NCBI GenBank assembly: GCA_038131935.1
Contig: JAYPQH010000018.1
Location: forward strand, 32,001-96,000
DNA: 64,000 nucleotides
Source: Alphaproteobacteria bacterium
GTDB taxonomy: Bacteria > Pseudomonadota > Alphaproteobacteria > UBA8317
Reading direction: 5' to 3'
In this document: piece by piece, positions 52,794 to 63,326 of the stretch
How the letters are laid out: every line of letters begins with the position of its first letter
How positions within the stretch are numbered: the stretch's first letter is position 1
Notes under the pieces: generated by a model
What the model was told of the DNA's origin: nothing
What the model saw: only the letters and a program-made list of their open reading frames with translations
Database searches by the model: none
Position numbers and translations under genes: made by a program

Positions 52794-55449
52794 ATGGAAA
52801 TTTATTTTCTTGCCGTCCTGTTTATCGTGATGATCCTCGCATTGGGATCAGGGTTTCCTGTGGCATTCGCTTTGCCTGGTGCTGCTATTCTTAGCATTGG
52901 CCTCGCAGCTTTCACAGGTTGGCTCTTTTTTGCAGACACAGAAATTTTCTTCGCTCAAGATGGCCCCATAGAATGGCTGACAGCAGGGGTAACAAATTTT
53001 CGTGGTATCTATTGGGAAGTTGAACGTGACACCCTGATTGCCATCCCTTTGTTTATTTTTATGGGCATTATGCTCCAACGATCAAAGATTGCCGAAGATT
53101 TGCTGGTAACCATGGCTCAATTATTTGGACGGGTTCCAGGTGGCTTGGGTATCTCTGTCGTTGTTGTTGGCGCCTTGCTTGCTGCCACAACAGGGATCGT
53201 GGGGGCTACAGTGGTGGCGATGGGACTTATCTCTCTACCGGCCATGATGCGCAACAAATACTCCCCTTCATTGGCAACCGGAACAATATGTGCATCAGGA
53301 ACACTGGGCCAAATTATCCCTCCCTCGATTGTTTTAATCATTCTGGCTGATCAGCTGTCATCAGCCGCAGACCAAGCTTCTCAGGTTCGGAAATCTCTTT
53401 ACAAGGAAGCCACTGGTGAATTTTCCATGCCGTCGTCACTCGACGTGATCTCAACATCTGCAGGAGATATGTTCCTCGGTGCCTTTCTTCCAGGCCTGGT
53501 CCTTGTGGGCATGTATTTGGTGTATATTTTGGCATTGGCCCTCTTGAGGCCATCTATGGCCCCACCGGTTCAAAATAACGACGGCTTTGGCCAAAGCTTT
53601 CTGAACAAAGTTGTGATGTCTCTTTTCCCTCCGCTGTTGCTTATTTTTGTGGTTCTGGGATCGATCATCATGGGTATCGCAACGGTGAACCAAGCAGGAG
53701 CCATTGGTGCTGTTGGTGCGACCATCATGGCAGGATATCGACTATATGAAGGCAAGGGAACTTATATACCTGCCATATTGGCTCTGGTTTCTGTGGCGGT
53801 CATTATATTCCTGCAACAAAACTTTGATCTGAATATTCGTATGATGGCTGAAAATGGAACAGAAGGCCCTATTGCTTTGGCTGGATTGGCCTCTTTTATG
53901 TTCATAACAGCAACATTCTGGAGTGGTTACAGAACACTAAAGATAGACAATACCTTGCGTGAAGTCATGATCGAAACCGCAAAAACAACATCATTGGTGT
54001 TCATCATTCTCCTCGGTGCAGCCATGCTAACAGCTGCTTTTCGTGGTTTTGGCGGGGAACATTTTGTTAAAGAATTCCTCACCACGCTTCCTGGTGGCTT
54101 TTGGACACAATTCATTGTGGTCATGGCTGTGATCTTTATTATGGGATTTTTCCTGGATTTTATTGAAATCGCCGTGGTTGTCGTCCCCATCGTCGCCCCT
54201 ATTTTGCTCGCTGATCCATCTGCGAATGTGACCGCTGTATGGTTGGGCGTCATGATTGGGGTGAATATTCAAACAAGTTTCTTAACACCACCATTTGGCT
54301 TTGCCCTCTTTTATCTCAGGGGTGTCGCCGACAAAGCCATCAACACTTTGTCTATATATAAAGGTGTTGTGCCCTTCATTCTTTTGCAACTCGGGGCTTT
54401 AGGTATCGTGGGCACCTTCCCAGAATTGGTCAATTATCTTCCCAACAAATCATTCTTGGGATCATTCAATGCCCCCTCCCAAAAACCCCAAATTGGCTGC
54501 TTGTGTGGATGATTATTTGACCAAGGCTTTAGCGGAAGGTGAAGCCAATATCACAGCGGCCATTGCAAACTTAGGGCAAATTAACAAAGACAAATTGCCA
54601 TCCGCACAACAAAAAGCGCTCTCACAAGCTTTTGAAAAAGCACAGGTCGTATATTCTTTGCGCGCAGCAGCCGAACAAGAACAGGCAAAATTTGATGATA
54701 TGGCGGTAGACTATGCACCTTTGCATGAGCGTGTTCGTATGATTGAGCGGGACATTCGAAGAGAAGATCAAGCCATGAAAGAATTGGCACAAAAAATACG
54801 CTTCGCAGAACTTGATGGGAATAAAGATAAAGCGGCCCAATACCAAGTTAGTATGCGCAAGCACGAGGTTGAGAAACAACGACTTCAAGCATTGATACCC
54901 GAACAATGGGCGGGCGAATTCAAAATCTTCAGAACACAGGTCAAAGAATTGACGAAAGCCCAACGCAACAGTGCACGAGCCATGGAAGGCGCTTATGAGC
55001 CTGTCCAAGAAATGATCGCATTGATTGAGGCAGGTCCAACGCTGCAACCTATCAAGCAACCCTTGATGGAACTGATTGGCAAAGCACAAACCGCGTCGCT
55101 TACAACATTGACCGAGCCTGCACAGGCACTCGAGGCCAGTCTTAGGGATATTTATGGAAGCTCACCGGTGAGCAAACATATCACCAAAGCACGACGCCTA
55201 TTTAAAAGAGGAAAAGAAAACAGTCGTGCAAAAGCAATTGGGCATCTTGAAGATGGTCTTGCTGCATTAGCTAGCGAAATCGCATGGCGTGCTGAAGCAA
55301 AGGATAACATCTATTCAGCCCTTCTAACGTACGCCGAAGCCACACGTTTGAATATTGGTTTGTTGTCCCAACCTAAGGTTCCTCTCGAAATTGTCGATGA
55401 CCTAGCAACCTGTAAGGCGTCACATCAGAATATTTCTTTATTTTTCTAG
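52794..55449 (+). CDS. dctM: TRAP large permease with long C-terminal helical extension (frameshift at C5 54472-54476)
   Basis: AIPLF..MG, TGIVGA.V, SGTLGQIIPPS, QTSFLTPPFG..LFYL; next frame begins PPPKNPKL with no good SD and continues ~325 aa. Confidence 0.82.
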
Positions 55450-55528
55450 GGGAACCCATTGCGGCTTTCGTCCCATTGGCGCCATGATGGAGACAAGGTA
55501 ACAGTAGCCCAGAAAAATAAAGGGAGGC

Positions 55529-57436
55529 ATGAGCATGGGTATTCGTGACGTATGGACCCGCGCAAAAAATGAACCAGAGGCTTTTTGGTCAGAGGCAGCA
55601 CAAGACATTATTTGGGACACACCCTTCACCACTGTCTGTGATACATCAAAATCTCCTCGCACCTATTGGTTCACTGATGGAATGCTCAACAGTTGTTATA
55701 ATGCCGTCGACAGGCATGTAGACGAAGGTCGCGGACAACAGGCGGCCATCATTCATGACTCCCCCGTCACAAACAGCAAAAGGATTGTAACCTATGCCGA
55801 ATTGGCCGATGAGGTTGCACGTTTTGCGGGTGTTTTGGCCTCATTTGGATGTTCCAAAGGCGACCGTGTCATTATCTATATGCCCATGATACCCCAAGCC
55901 ATTGTTGCCACCCTCGCTTGCGCAAGACTTGGGGTTATACACTCAATTGTCTTTGGAGGGTTTGCGGCGAATGAATTGGCGGTTCGCATCGATGATTTTT
56001 CACCAAAATTGATTGTGGCAGCCAGTTGTGGCATCGAGCCCAACAGGTTGGTTGCCTATAAACCCTTGCTTGATGAAGCCATTGAGTTGGCAACCCACAA
56101 ACCACAAGCAACCATCATGTATCAACGACCACAGCTTCACGCCGACATGCAAGATGGTCAAGACCATGACTGGGATGCTGTGATGGCAACAGCGCAGGCA
56201 CATGGCTGTGTTCCTGTTAAGGCAACCGACCCCCTTTATGTGCTCTACACCTCGGGAACCACTGGGCAGCCAAAAGGGATTGTTCGGGACAATGGTGGGC
56301 ATGCTGTCGCGTTAACATGGTCTATGAAACATATTTACAACGTCGACACAGGAGACGTTTTTTGGGCAGGATCCGATATTGGCTGGGTGGTTGGACATTC
56401 CTACATCATCTACGGCCCTCTGTTTCGCGGATGTACGTCCGTTTTGTATGAAGGAAAACCAGTAGGCACCCCTGATCCTGGTGCGTTTTGGCGGGTTATC
56501 TCTGAACATAATGTTAAGTCTTTTTTTACCGCCCCCACCGCAATTCGTGCCATCAGACAACAAGATCCAGAAGCAAATTATTTGCGTCACTATGATACAT
56601 CTTGCTTGCAAGCATTATTTGTTGCTGGAGAACGCTGTGATCCGGATACCCTTCATTGGTCACGCGAGCAGCTCAAACGCCCTGTTATTGATCATTGGTG
56701 GCAAACAGAAACAGGTTGGTCGATTGCAGCCAACTGCTTAGGCATTGAGTTGCTACCCATCAAACCAGGATCACCAACACTGCCTGTTCCAGGTTGGGAT
56801 TTGGTCGTCCTCAATGAAGAAGGACAAGAATGTGCACCTGGTGAGATTGGTGCGATATGTGGGAAACTTCCTCTGCCTCCTTCTGTCTTTGCCGATGTAT
56901 GGAACGCCCCTGAACGATACATATCTTCTTACTTCAGCCGCTATCCTGGCACTTATGAAACAGGCGATGCAGGCATGATTGATGAGGATGGTTATGTCTT
57001 CGTCATGGCAAGAACAGATGATGTGATTAACGTCGCCGGGCATAGATTGTCCACCGGTGGCATGGAAGAGGTCCTCGCAGAGCATCCCGCGGTTGCAGAA
57101 TGTGCTGTGGTCGGTGTTGCCGACGAACTCAAAGGGCAAATTCCTGTTGGTTTTGTTGTGATTTCCGCTGGCGTCAACTTAGCTCATGACGTGATTGCAA
57201 AAGAATGCGTACAATTGATACGTGATAAAATTGGACCTGTTGCTGCTTTTAAACATGTAGGCATTATCCCTAAACTTCCAAAAACCAGATCAGGAAAAAT
57301 TTTACGGGCCACCATCCAAAAGATCGCTGATGGCGAGGCATTTAGAATGCCCGCAACGATAGAAGATCCTGACGTCCTCAATGATATCGAGACATGTTTA
57401 AAACAACTTGGATTTGCCAAGGGCCATTCAACTTAA
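55529..57436 (+). CDS. prpE: Propionyl-CoA synthetase (PrpE-type acyl-CoA ligase)
   Basis: YTSGTTG.PKG, DHWWQTETG, INVAGHRLSTG, PKTRSGKILR; SD GGAGG. Confidence 0.88.
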   Translation: MSMGIRDVWTRAKNEPEAFWSEAAQDIIWDTPFTTVCDTSKSPRTYWFTDGMLNSCYNAVDRHVDEGRGQQAAIIHDSPVTNSKRIVTYAELADEVARFAGVLASFGCSKGDRVIIYMPMIPQAIVATLACARLGVIHSIVFGGFAANELAVRIDDFSPKLIVAASCGIEPNRLVAYKPLLDEAIELATHKPQATIMYQRPQLHADMQDGQDHDWDAVMATAQAHGCVPVKATDPLYVLYTSGTTGQPKGIVRDNGGHAVALTWSMKHIYNVDTGDVFWAGSDIGWVVGHSYIIYGPLFRGCTSVLYEGKPVGTPDPGAFWRVISEHNVKSFFTAPTAIRAIRQQDPEANYLRHYDTSCLQALFVAGERCDPDTLHWSREQLKRPVIDHWWQTETGWSIAANCLGIELLPIKPGSPTLPVPGWDLVVLNEEGQECAPGEIGAICGKLPLPPSVFADVWNAPERYISSYFSRYPGTYETGDAGMIDEDGYVFVMARTDDVINVAGHRLSTGGMEEVLAEHPAVAECAVVGVADELKGQIPVGFVVISAGVNLAHDVIAKECVQLIRDKIGPVAAFKHVGIIPKLPKTRSGKILRATIQKIADGEAFRMPATIEDPDVLNDIETCLKQLGFAKGHST

Positions 57437-57586
57437 GCCATCCCCCAACAAGGCTCAACAACAACAACTCATGCTCAGAGGAAATGGGCTTTGTGGGTGG
57501 CACTCAAAAGTAAAGAAGATCAAGTGGTAGACGGGGTGACCAATAAAGAAAAAATAGATTAAATATGGTCAAAACAAAGGATGATC

Positions 57587-57629
57587 AAAAAAATTGCCAC
57601 CCCGCAGATCAGTTTATAGCGGGATGGCA
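57587..57629 (-). terminator. Rho-independent terminator after scoB
   Basis: Minus strand TGCCATCCCGC...GCGGGGTGGCA followed by ATTTTTTT. Confidence 0.72.
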
Positions 57630-57657
57630 CGACAGTTATGTGACAAAAATCACTTTT

Positions 57658-58284
57658 TTAGTTTACAATATGCGCTTCAGTGGCTTGATCTAATTGCTCC
57701 CGGGTAACACCGTCAGCCAAAGCCACCAATTCCAGACCACCATCGACAACATCTAGTACCCCAAGATTTGTGATGATCCGGTTTACCACTTTTTTACCTG
57801 TAAGAGGCAGGCTGCATTCTTTCAACAGTTTTGATTCACCTGCTTTATTGGTATGGTCCATGATCACGATCACACGGCGCACCCCTGCGACAAGATCCAT
57901 AGCACCACCCATACCTTTCACCAATTTTCCTGGAATCATCCAATTGGCCAAATCACCATCTTGAGAGACTTCCATAGCCCCCAAAATAGCCATATCAATA
58001 TGTCCACCCCTGATCATTGCAAATGACTGCGAAGACGAAAAAAAGCTTGTGGTAGGAAGCTCGGTGATGGTTTGCTTACCTGCATTGATCAGGTCCGCAT
58101 CAATGGTATCCTCCGTAGGGAATGGCCCCATACCCAACATACCATTCTCTGATTGCAAGGTCACATGAACACCCTCAGGAATATAGTTGGAAACCAACGT
58201 TGGAATACCAATGCCTAAGTTCACATACATGCCATCACGTAATTCTTTTGCGGCCTCCGCGGCCATTCTGTTTCTATCCCACAT
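57658..58284 (-). CDS. scoB: 3-oxoacid CoA-transferase subunit B
   Basis: [29 protein letters not shown]. Confidence 0.95.
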   Translation of the reverse strand: MWDRNRMAAEAAKELRDGMYVNLGIGIPTLVSNYIPEGVHVTLQSENGMLGMGPFPTEDTIDADLINAGKQTITELPTTSFFSSSQSFAMIRGGHIDMAILGAMEVSQDGDLANWMIPGKLVKGMGGAMDLVAGVRRVIVIMDHTNKAGESKLLKECSLPLTGKKVVNRIITNLGVLDVVDGGLELVALADGVTREQLDQATEAHIVN

Positions 58285-58288
58285 AGAC

Positions 58289-58984
58289 TTAAGCCTCCCT
58301 TATGGTGCGTTGCTCAATACGTTTTTCAAAGCTTCCTACAATTAACCTGTCCACATAGATCCCAGGAAGATGAATATGATCCGGATCCAAGCTACCTTGC
58401 GCAACCAGTTCTTCCACTTCAACCACGCAAGCTTTTCCAGATGTCGCCACATCGGGGTTAAAGTTTCGGGCGGTTTTCCTGAACACCAAATTTCCTTCAG
58501 GATCAGCTTTCCAAGCTTTCACAATCGCAAGGTCCGACACAATACCTTTCTCCAAAATAAAGGTTACCCCATCAAACTCGCGATGCTCTTTTCCTTCCGC
58601 CACAACGGTCCCCACGCCGGTCTTGGTATAAAATCCTGGGATACCCGCGCCACCTGCGCGCAAACGCTCTGCCAAAGTTCCTTGTGGATTGAATTCTAAT
58701 TCCAGCTCACCGGAAAGATATTGCCGCATGAATTCTGCATTCTCACCAACATAAGACGAAATCATCTTTTTAATCTGTTTGGTCTGCAACAAAAGTCCCA
58801 GGCCAAAATCATCGACGCCTGCATTGTTTGATACCACCGTGAGATCCTTCACCCCAGATGCCACCAAACTTTGAATAATATTTTCTGGAATTCCACAAAG
58901 GCCAAATCCTCCAGCGGCAATGGTCATCCCATCTTTTAGAAGGCCCTCTAATGCAGATGAAGCATCTTGATAGACTTTGCTCAT
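58289..58984 (-). CDS. scoA: 3-oxoacid CoA-transferase subunit A
   Basis: [45 protein letters not shown]. Confidence 0.95.
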   Translation of the reverse strand: MSKVYQDASSALEGLLKDGMTIAAGGFGLCGIPENIIQSLVASGVKDLTVVSNNAGVDDFGLGLLLQTKQIKKMISSYVGENAEFMRQYLSGELELEFNPQGTLAERLRAGGAGIPGFYTKTGVGTVVAEGKEHREFDGVTFILEKGIVSDLAIVKAWKADPEGNLVFRKTARNFNPDVATSGKACVVEVEELVAQGSLDPDHIHLPGIYVDRLIVGSFEKRIEQRTIREA

Positions 58985-59147
58985 GGCTACCTCTCCCCTC
59001 GCCCGTTACGCATAATGGTTGTTTGGCGCAATCCTCGTCTTCGGGCAAGCCCACAAAAAGATTTTGCGTATTTTGATTGGCAACAACAGCAAGGCGAGAT
59101 AAACTCAGCCCTATCATCAACACCGCTCAATTCATGGAGAACATACC

Positions 59148-59891
59148 ATGCCATTCATTTCACGACGAGACTTTCATGTCGGCGGCGCGTCCTTGGTCGC
59201 CCTTTTGTTAAACAACGAAACTGTGAGGGCTTCCGCCATCAGTTCGCTTGAAACAGTCTCTGTAGGCACATTTTCAGGCAAATTAGCCCGTCCTCAAGGC
59301 ACCATCAAAGGTGGGATTGTTCTTATTCATGAATGGTGGGGCTTGAACGAACAAATGCAATCCGTCGCCGTAGCCCTTGCAGATGAGGGATATCTTACAC
59401 TCGCGGTAGATATGTTTGGCAAGGTTGCGACAACCAGAGAAGAGGCCATGGCCAACACGAAATCCGTCGATGCAGCCCAAGCAACAAGCAATCTTGTTGA
59501 AGCCACAAACCTACTCCGACAAGAAGGTGCCAAGAAAGTTGCCAGCATGGGATTTTGCTTTGGTGGCGGATGGTCTTTCAACCTATCAGTCGCAACGGCT
59601 ATGGACGCGACAATCATTTACTATGGCCGGGTTCCTACAGATGAAGGTTCGGTGCAAAATCTTTCAGGGCCAGTCCTTGGGCATTTTGGTCGGTTGGATA
59701 AATTCATCAATACCGAAATGGTTGCAGGTTTTACCAACGCCCTTAAATCAGCTGGAAAAGCTCACGAAATCCATGAGTATGATGCTGACCATGCCTTCGC
59801 CAACCCCACGGGAAATCGTTATGAAGAAGATGCAGCTCGGCTCTCTTACAGCCGCACCCTCGCCTTCCTAGAAGCTCATCTTGGATCATAA
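59148..59891 (+). CDS. Dienelactone hydrolase family protein with Tat-like signal
   Basis: SRRDF, HEWWGLN, GFCFGG nucleophile elbow, YYG, HAFAN. Confidence 0.9.
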   Translation: MPFISRRDFHVGGASLVALLLNNETVRASAISSLETVSVGTFSGKLARPQGTIKGGIVLIHEWWGLNEQMQSVAVALADEGYLTLAVDMFGKVATTREEAMANTKSVDAAQATSNLVEATNLLRQEGAKKVASMGFCFGGGWSFNLSVATAMDATIIYYGRVPTDEGSVQNLSGPVLGHFGRLDKFINTEMVAGFTNALKSAGKAHEIHEYDADHAFANPTGNRYEEDAARLSYSRTLAFLEAHLGS

Positions 59892-59920
59892 AACTGGTAC
59901 CCACGGTTTTTAAATAGGAA

Positions 59921-61465
59921 TTATTTTCCCTCAGATTTGGATAGTTTTGGAAAAACCAATGTGACAGCCAGCAAAGACAGGGCTGTCATCATTAACGCAG
60001 GCCCGGCCGCCGCCTCATAATTTTCTAGAGACGCAGATTGGAAGGTAACCGTGGCCAACGTGTCAAAGCCAAATGGTCTCAGCAGAAATGTTGCGGGCAG
60101 CTCCTTGATAACATCTACGGCCACCAAAATCATGGCGAGGCCCGCAGGACCTGAGAGCATTGGCCATAAAATATGACGCAAACGGGCGCCAAACCCTGCC
60201 CCCATCAAAAGGGCTTGTTCATGATGTCGCTGCAAGGGACCTGAAATAACCTGCCCCAATTGTCCTGCTCCTAATGTTGCAAATCGAAAAATCAATGCAA
60301 GACATAACCCCACCAGTCCAGAAAACATGGGCGATAAATAGGAGGAAAGCGCTAGGGTCCCCATCCCCACCGCAGCGGCAGGAACAGCATAGCCTGAAAG
60401 TGAGAGGTAAGCTGGCCATTGCCTCCAACCCAATTGGTTCACCCGCCAAAATTCGACAATAGTCGCGACAACCAAAACCCCCAAGGCAACGAACAAAGCG
60501 AGCAAAAAGGAGTGATCAAGCCCTGTGAACAAGGGCCAAGATCGGTCATATCCACCCAACGCAACCAATGTACAGATGGGTGCAACGAAGCCTGCCAATA
60601 TGGGCAAGCATAATAAGCCTGTGAACAGCCATTGTAGCGGCAAACTACAGACCAACGGTTTGGTGGTCCTCTCCCGCATGGATTCCCGAGGCAAATGTTG
60701 GCGCATCCGACGTTCAATGATGACCAATGGTAAGACCAGGCACACCAAAAGAAGAGACAATTTCAATGCGGTGTCTAACGAGCCCATCGCTGTCCATGCA
60801 TCAACAATCGCCCAGGTCAGTGTGGGCACCGCGTAAAGCGAGGCCACACCATAATCATTTAGGACTTCCATCATCACCAAGCCTACCCCAATCATGAGAG
60901 GAATCCGCATCATGGGTAACCCCACATGTCGAAACAAAAGCCAATGAGATGAGGTCATCAAACGGGCAGCGTCTAGGGCCGCCGCAGATCGACTTGATGT
61001 CAACGCCACCAAACAAGATAAATACACATAGGGATACAAGCCGAGGCCTAGGACAAAAGATGCGCCAGAGGTGTGCCGAAGATCCAGAGGAGGTAAGATC
61101 AATCCCCAATGATCAAAAACCTGAAGCAACATGCGACCCTCACCCAATGTTTCTGTGAAGGTGAATGCACTTACATAAGCAGGTATCGCCAAGGGTAACA
61201 CCAACAAACGCGCGAGCCATCTACGCGCAGGCATCTCATAAATTACAACCAACCAGGCTGCCAACACCCCAAGAACAGCTGCCAACATGGAGGCACCAAA
61301 CAACAGCTTCATGCTACCTTGAAGATAATCCCATAAAACATGTGTCAGCATATGCTGCATCACCGCGTCTATGGGCTGGGATAATGCCAAGATGAGCAAT
61401 GCCCCCAAGGGCAACAAAAGCAGCATCATACAACCCATAGCAGCTAAGCTCATGAACCTGATCAC
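59921..61465 (-). CDS. Iron(III)-type ABC transporter permease (FbpB-like)
   Basis: Duplicated permease; PLAIPAYV.A, LYPYVYL, GYAVP, DVIKELPAT.LLRPFGFDTLA. Confidence 0.85.
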   Translation of the reverse strand: MIRFMSLAAMGCMMLLLLPLGALLILALSQPIDAVMQHMLTHVLWDYLQGSMKLLFGASMLAAVLGVLAAWLVVIYEMPARRWLARLLVLPLAIPAYVSAFTFTETLGEGRMLLQVFDHWGLILPPLDLRHTSGASFVLGLGLYPYVYLSCLVALTSSRSAAALDAARLMTSSHWLLFRHVGLPMMRIPLMIGVGLVMMEVLNDYGVASLYAVPTLTWAIVDAWTAMGSLDTALKLSLLLVCLVLPLVIIERRMRQHLPRESMRERTTKPLVCSLPLQWLFTGLLCLPILAGFVAPICTLVALGGYDRSWPLFTGLDHSFLLALFVALGVLVVATIVEFWRVNQLGWRQWPAYLSLSGYAVPAAAVGMGTLALSSYLSPMFSGLVGLCLALIFRFATLGAGQLGQVISGPLQRHHEQALLMGAGFGARLRHILWPMLSGPAGLAMILVAVDVIKELPATFLLRPFGFDTLATVTFQSASLENYEAAAGPALMMTALSLLAVTLVFPKLSKSEGK

Positions 61466-61534
61466 GTGATATGTACCCTTTTTGCCCTATTGAGAGGCTA
61501 TGTCGCATGAAAGCAGACATAACAGCAAGAGAAC

Positions 61535-61566
61535 TTGACAAAAACATATAGATATATCTTTATATG
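61535..61566 (+). promoter_or_regulatory. Promoter -35 (TTGACA) plus 22-bp palindromic operator of the ArsR-methyltransferase/metF/metH operon
   Basis: TTGACA 61535-61540, then CATATAGATATATCTTTATATG (18/22 self-complementary) at 61545-61566. Confidence 0.65.
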
Positions 61567-62494
61567 ATTATGACACATGAACTTGAGCATATTGTAGACG
61601 CGTTGAAAGCAGCGGGTGATCCCACCCGTTTGCGGCTGCTTGGCTTATGCCGTTTGGGCGACATGTCTGTGGGAGATCTTGTTGATATAACAGGTCAATC
61701 CCAACCTTCGATATCACGTCATCTCAAGATATTGCATGCAGCGGGTTTGCTAGAACGAAGACAAGATGGCGCGTTTTGTATTTTATCGCTTAAGCAAATC
61801 GCCGCTCAATCAAGCCTTAGATATCATGGTGGCAGATGGCCCTGGTGTTCTCAACCAAGACAAACAAATATATGCAGAACGAGAGCAAAAGCGCCACGAA
61901 GACGTTGCCAAACATTTTGCACTTCATGCTGCCGATTGGGATGATTTACGGGGAAGCTATCTTCATGCAGAGGAAGTTGATGGCTATATTGCCACCATCG
62001 TTGCGCAACATAAGCCTCAACATGTCCTTGATATTGGAACGGGAACGGGACATATCCTGAATATTCTTGGTCGATATGCCGGTAAACTCTCTGGGGTAGA
62101 TATTTCTAGAGATATGCTCAGCCTTGCCCGTCAACGTCTTGGCGGGGTGCAGAATGCAGATAAGATTGACCTTAGACGGTCTGACATGAACCAACTCCCC
62201 TTTGATGATGCCAGTATGGACATGGCCAGCATGCATTTGGTCCTTCGCCATGCCAGCAACCCCAGGCGCGCCATTATGGAAGCTTCTCGGGTACTGAAGC
62301 CTCAGGGACACCTCATTGTGGTGGACCTTGAAATAGGAGAACCCGCAGGACATCACACAGAACGTTCGGGCTTTGCCAAGCAGGATGTATGTGAATTCAT
62401 GATTGATGCAGGGTTGGTTTTGGAGCCTATACGTTCACTCACACAAGGCCTTAGAACAGGCTATATTTGGCATGGGGTCAAACAAGCATGGTGA
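61564..62494 (+). CDS. ArsR HTH + SAM-binding methyltransferase-domain regulator, SahR/SamR-like (frameshift at T4 61774-61777)
   Basis: LKA.GDPTRLRLL, SQP.ISRHLK.L in first frame; F...A.DWD, LDIGTGTG, GVD.S..ML in second; directly upstream of metF-metH. Confidence 0.88.
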
Positions 62495-63326
62495 CATTTT
62501 CCTTTGAATTATTCCCCCCAGCCAAACCTGAGGGCATTAAAAATGTTGTTGCCACAGCCAAGACATTATCGTCATTTGCGCCTGACATGATTTCCATAAC
62601 CTATGGCGCAGGCGGCACGGGAAGAGAGCGTTCCGCGCGGTTGGTGGCTGCATTACATAGCAATGATTTTCCGCCAATCACCGCACATATAACCGTTGCT
62701 GGACAAAGCAAACATGATGTCATTCATCAAATGGAAGAATGGCAGCAACATGGCGTCAAACGTTTTGTTGCCCTACGTGGTGACATGCCCAACATGAAAC
62801 GGCCATTCACACCTCACGATGATGGTTTTACATCAGCGCTTGACCTTATAACCTATTTACGCCTCCATCATGCGGAAGCTATCTATGCAGGTGCCTATCC
62901 TGAGGACATCCTGAATCCCCATCACTTGAGGCAGAGCTTGACCATCTCATGGCCAAACAAGATGCTGGGGCGACGGCTCATCACGCAATATTTTTTGATA
63001 TCAATAATTTCCTGAGATTCCGCGATAAGGTCGTTGCACGCGGTATCACCATTCCTCTGATACCTGGTGTGTTACCCATTGGTCATTTTGAAAAAATCCA
63101 AAAATTCTCTGCAAGTTGTGGTGCCCATATACCCGACCAACTCAAGATACGTTTTGCAGGTCTTGAAAATGACCCCGAAGCCATGGCGATGATGGGCGCG
63201 TGCGTCGGATATGAGCTTTGCGCTCAACTCGCCCATGAAGCTGTCCCCTCTATCCATCTTTATACCCTCAATCGAGCTGATATCAGCACAACAATCTGCC
63301 GCATGTTTCAAGGAGAACCTCAATGA
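62488..63326 (+). CDS. metF: 5,10-methylenetetrahydrofolate reductase (three apparent indels at 62904-62996)
   Basis: [24 protein letters not shown](G)HP, K.DAGA, ITQ.FFD, HLYTLN distributed over two frames. Confidence 0.93.

Noticed and set aside
57437-57590. Possible sRNA or small ORF between prpE and scoB (CAA x4 run)
   Set aside because: No convincing promoter, structure or coding signal.
61466-61563. SAM or cobalamin riboswitch ahead of metF/metH
   Set aside because: Region is too short and occupied by promoter/operator; no riboswitch consensus seen.
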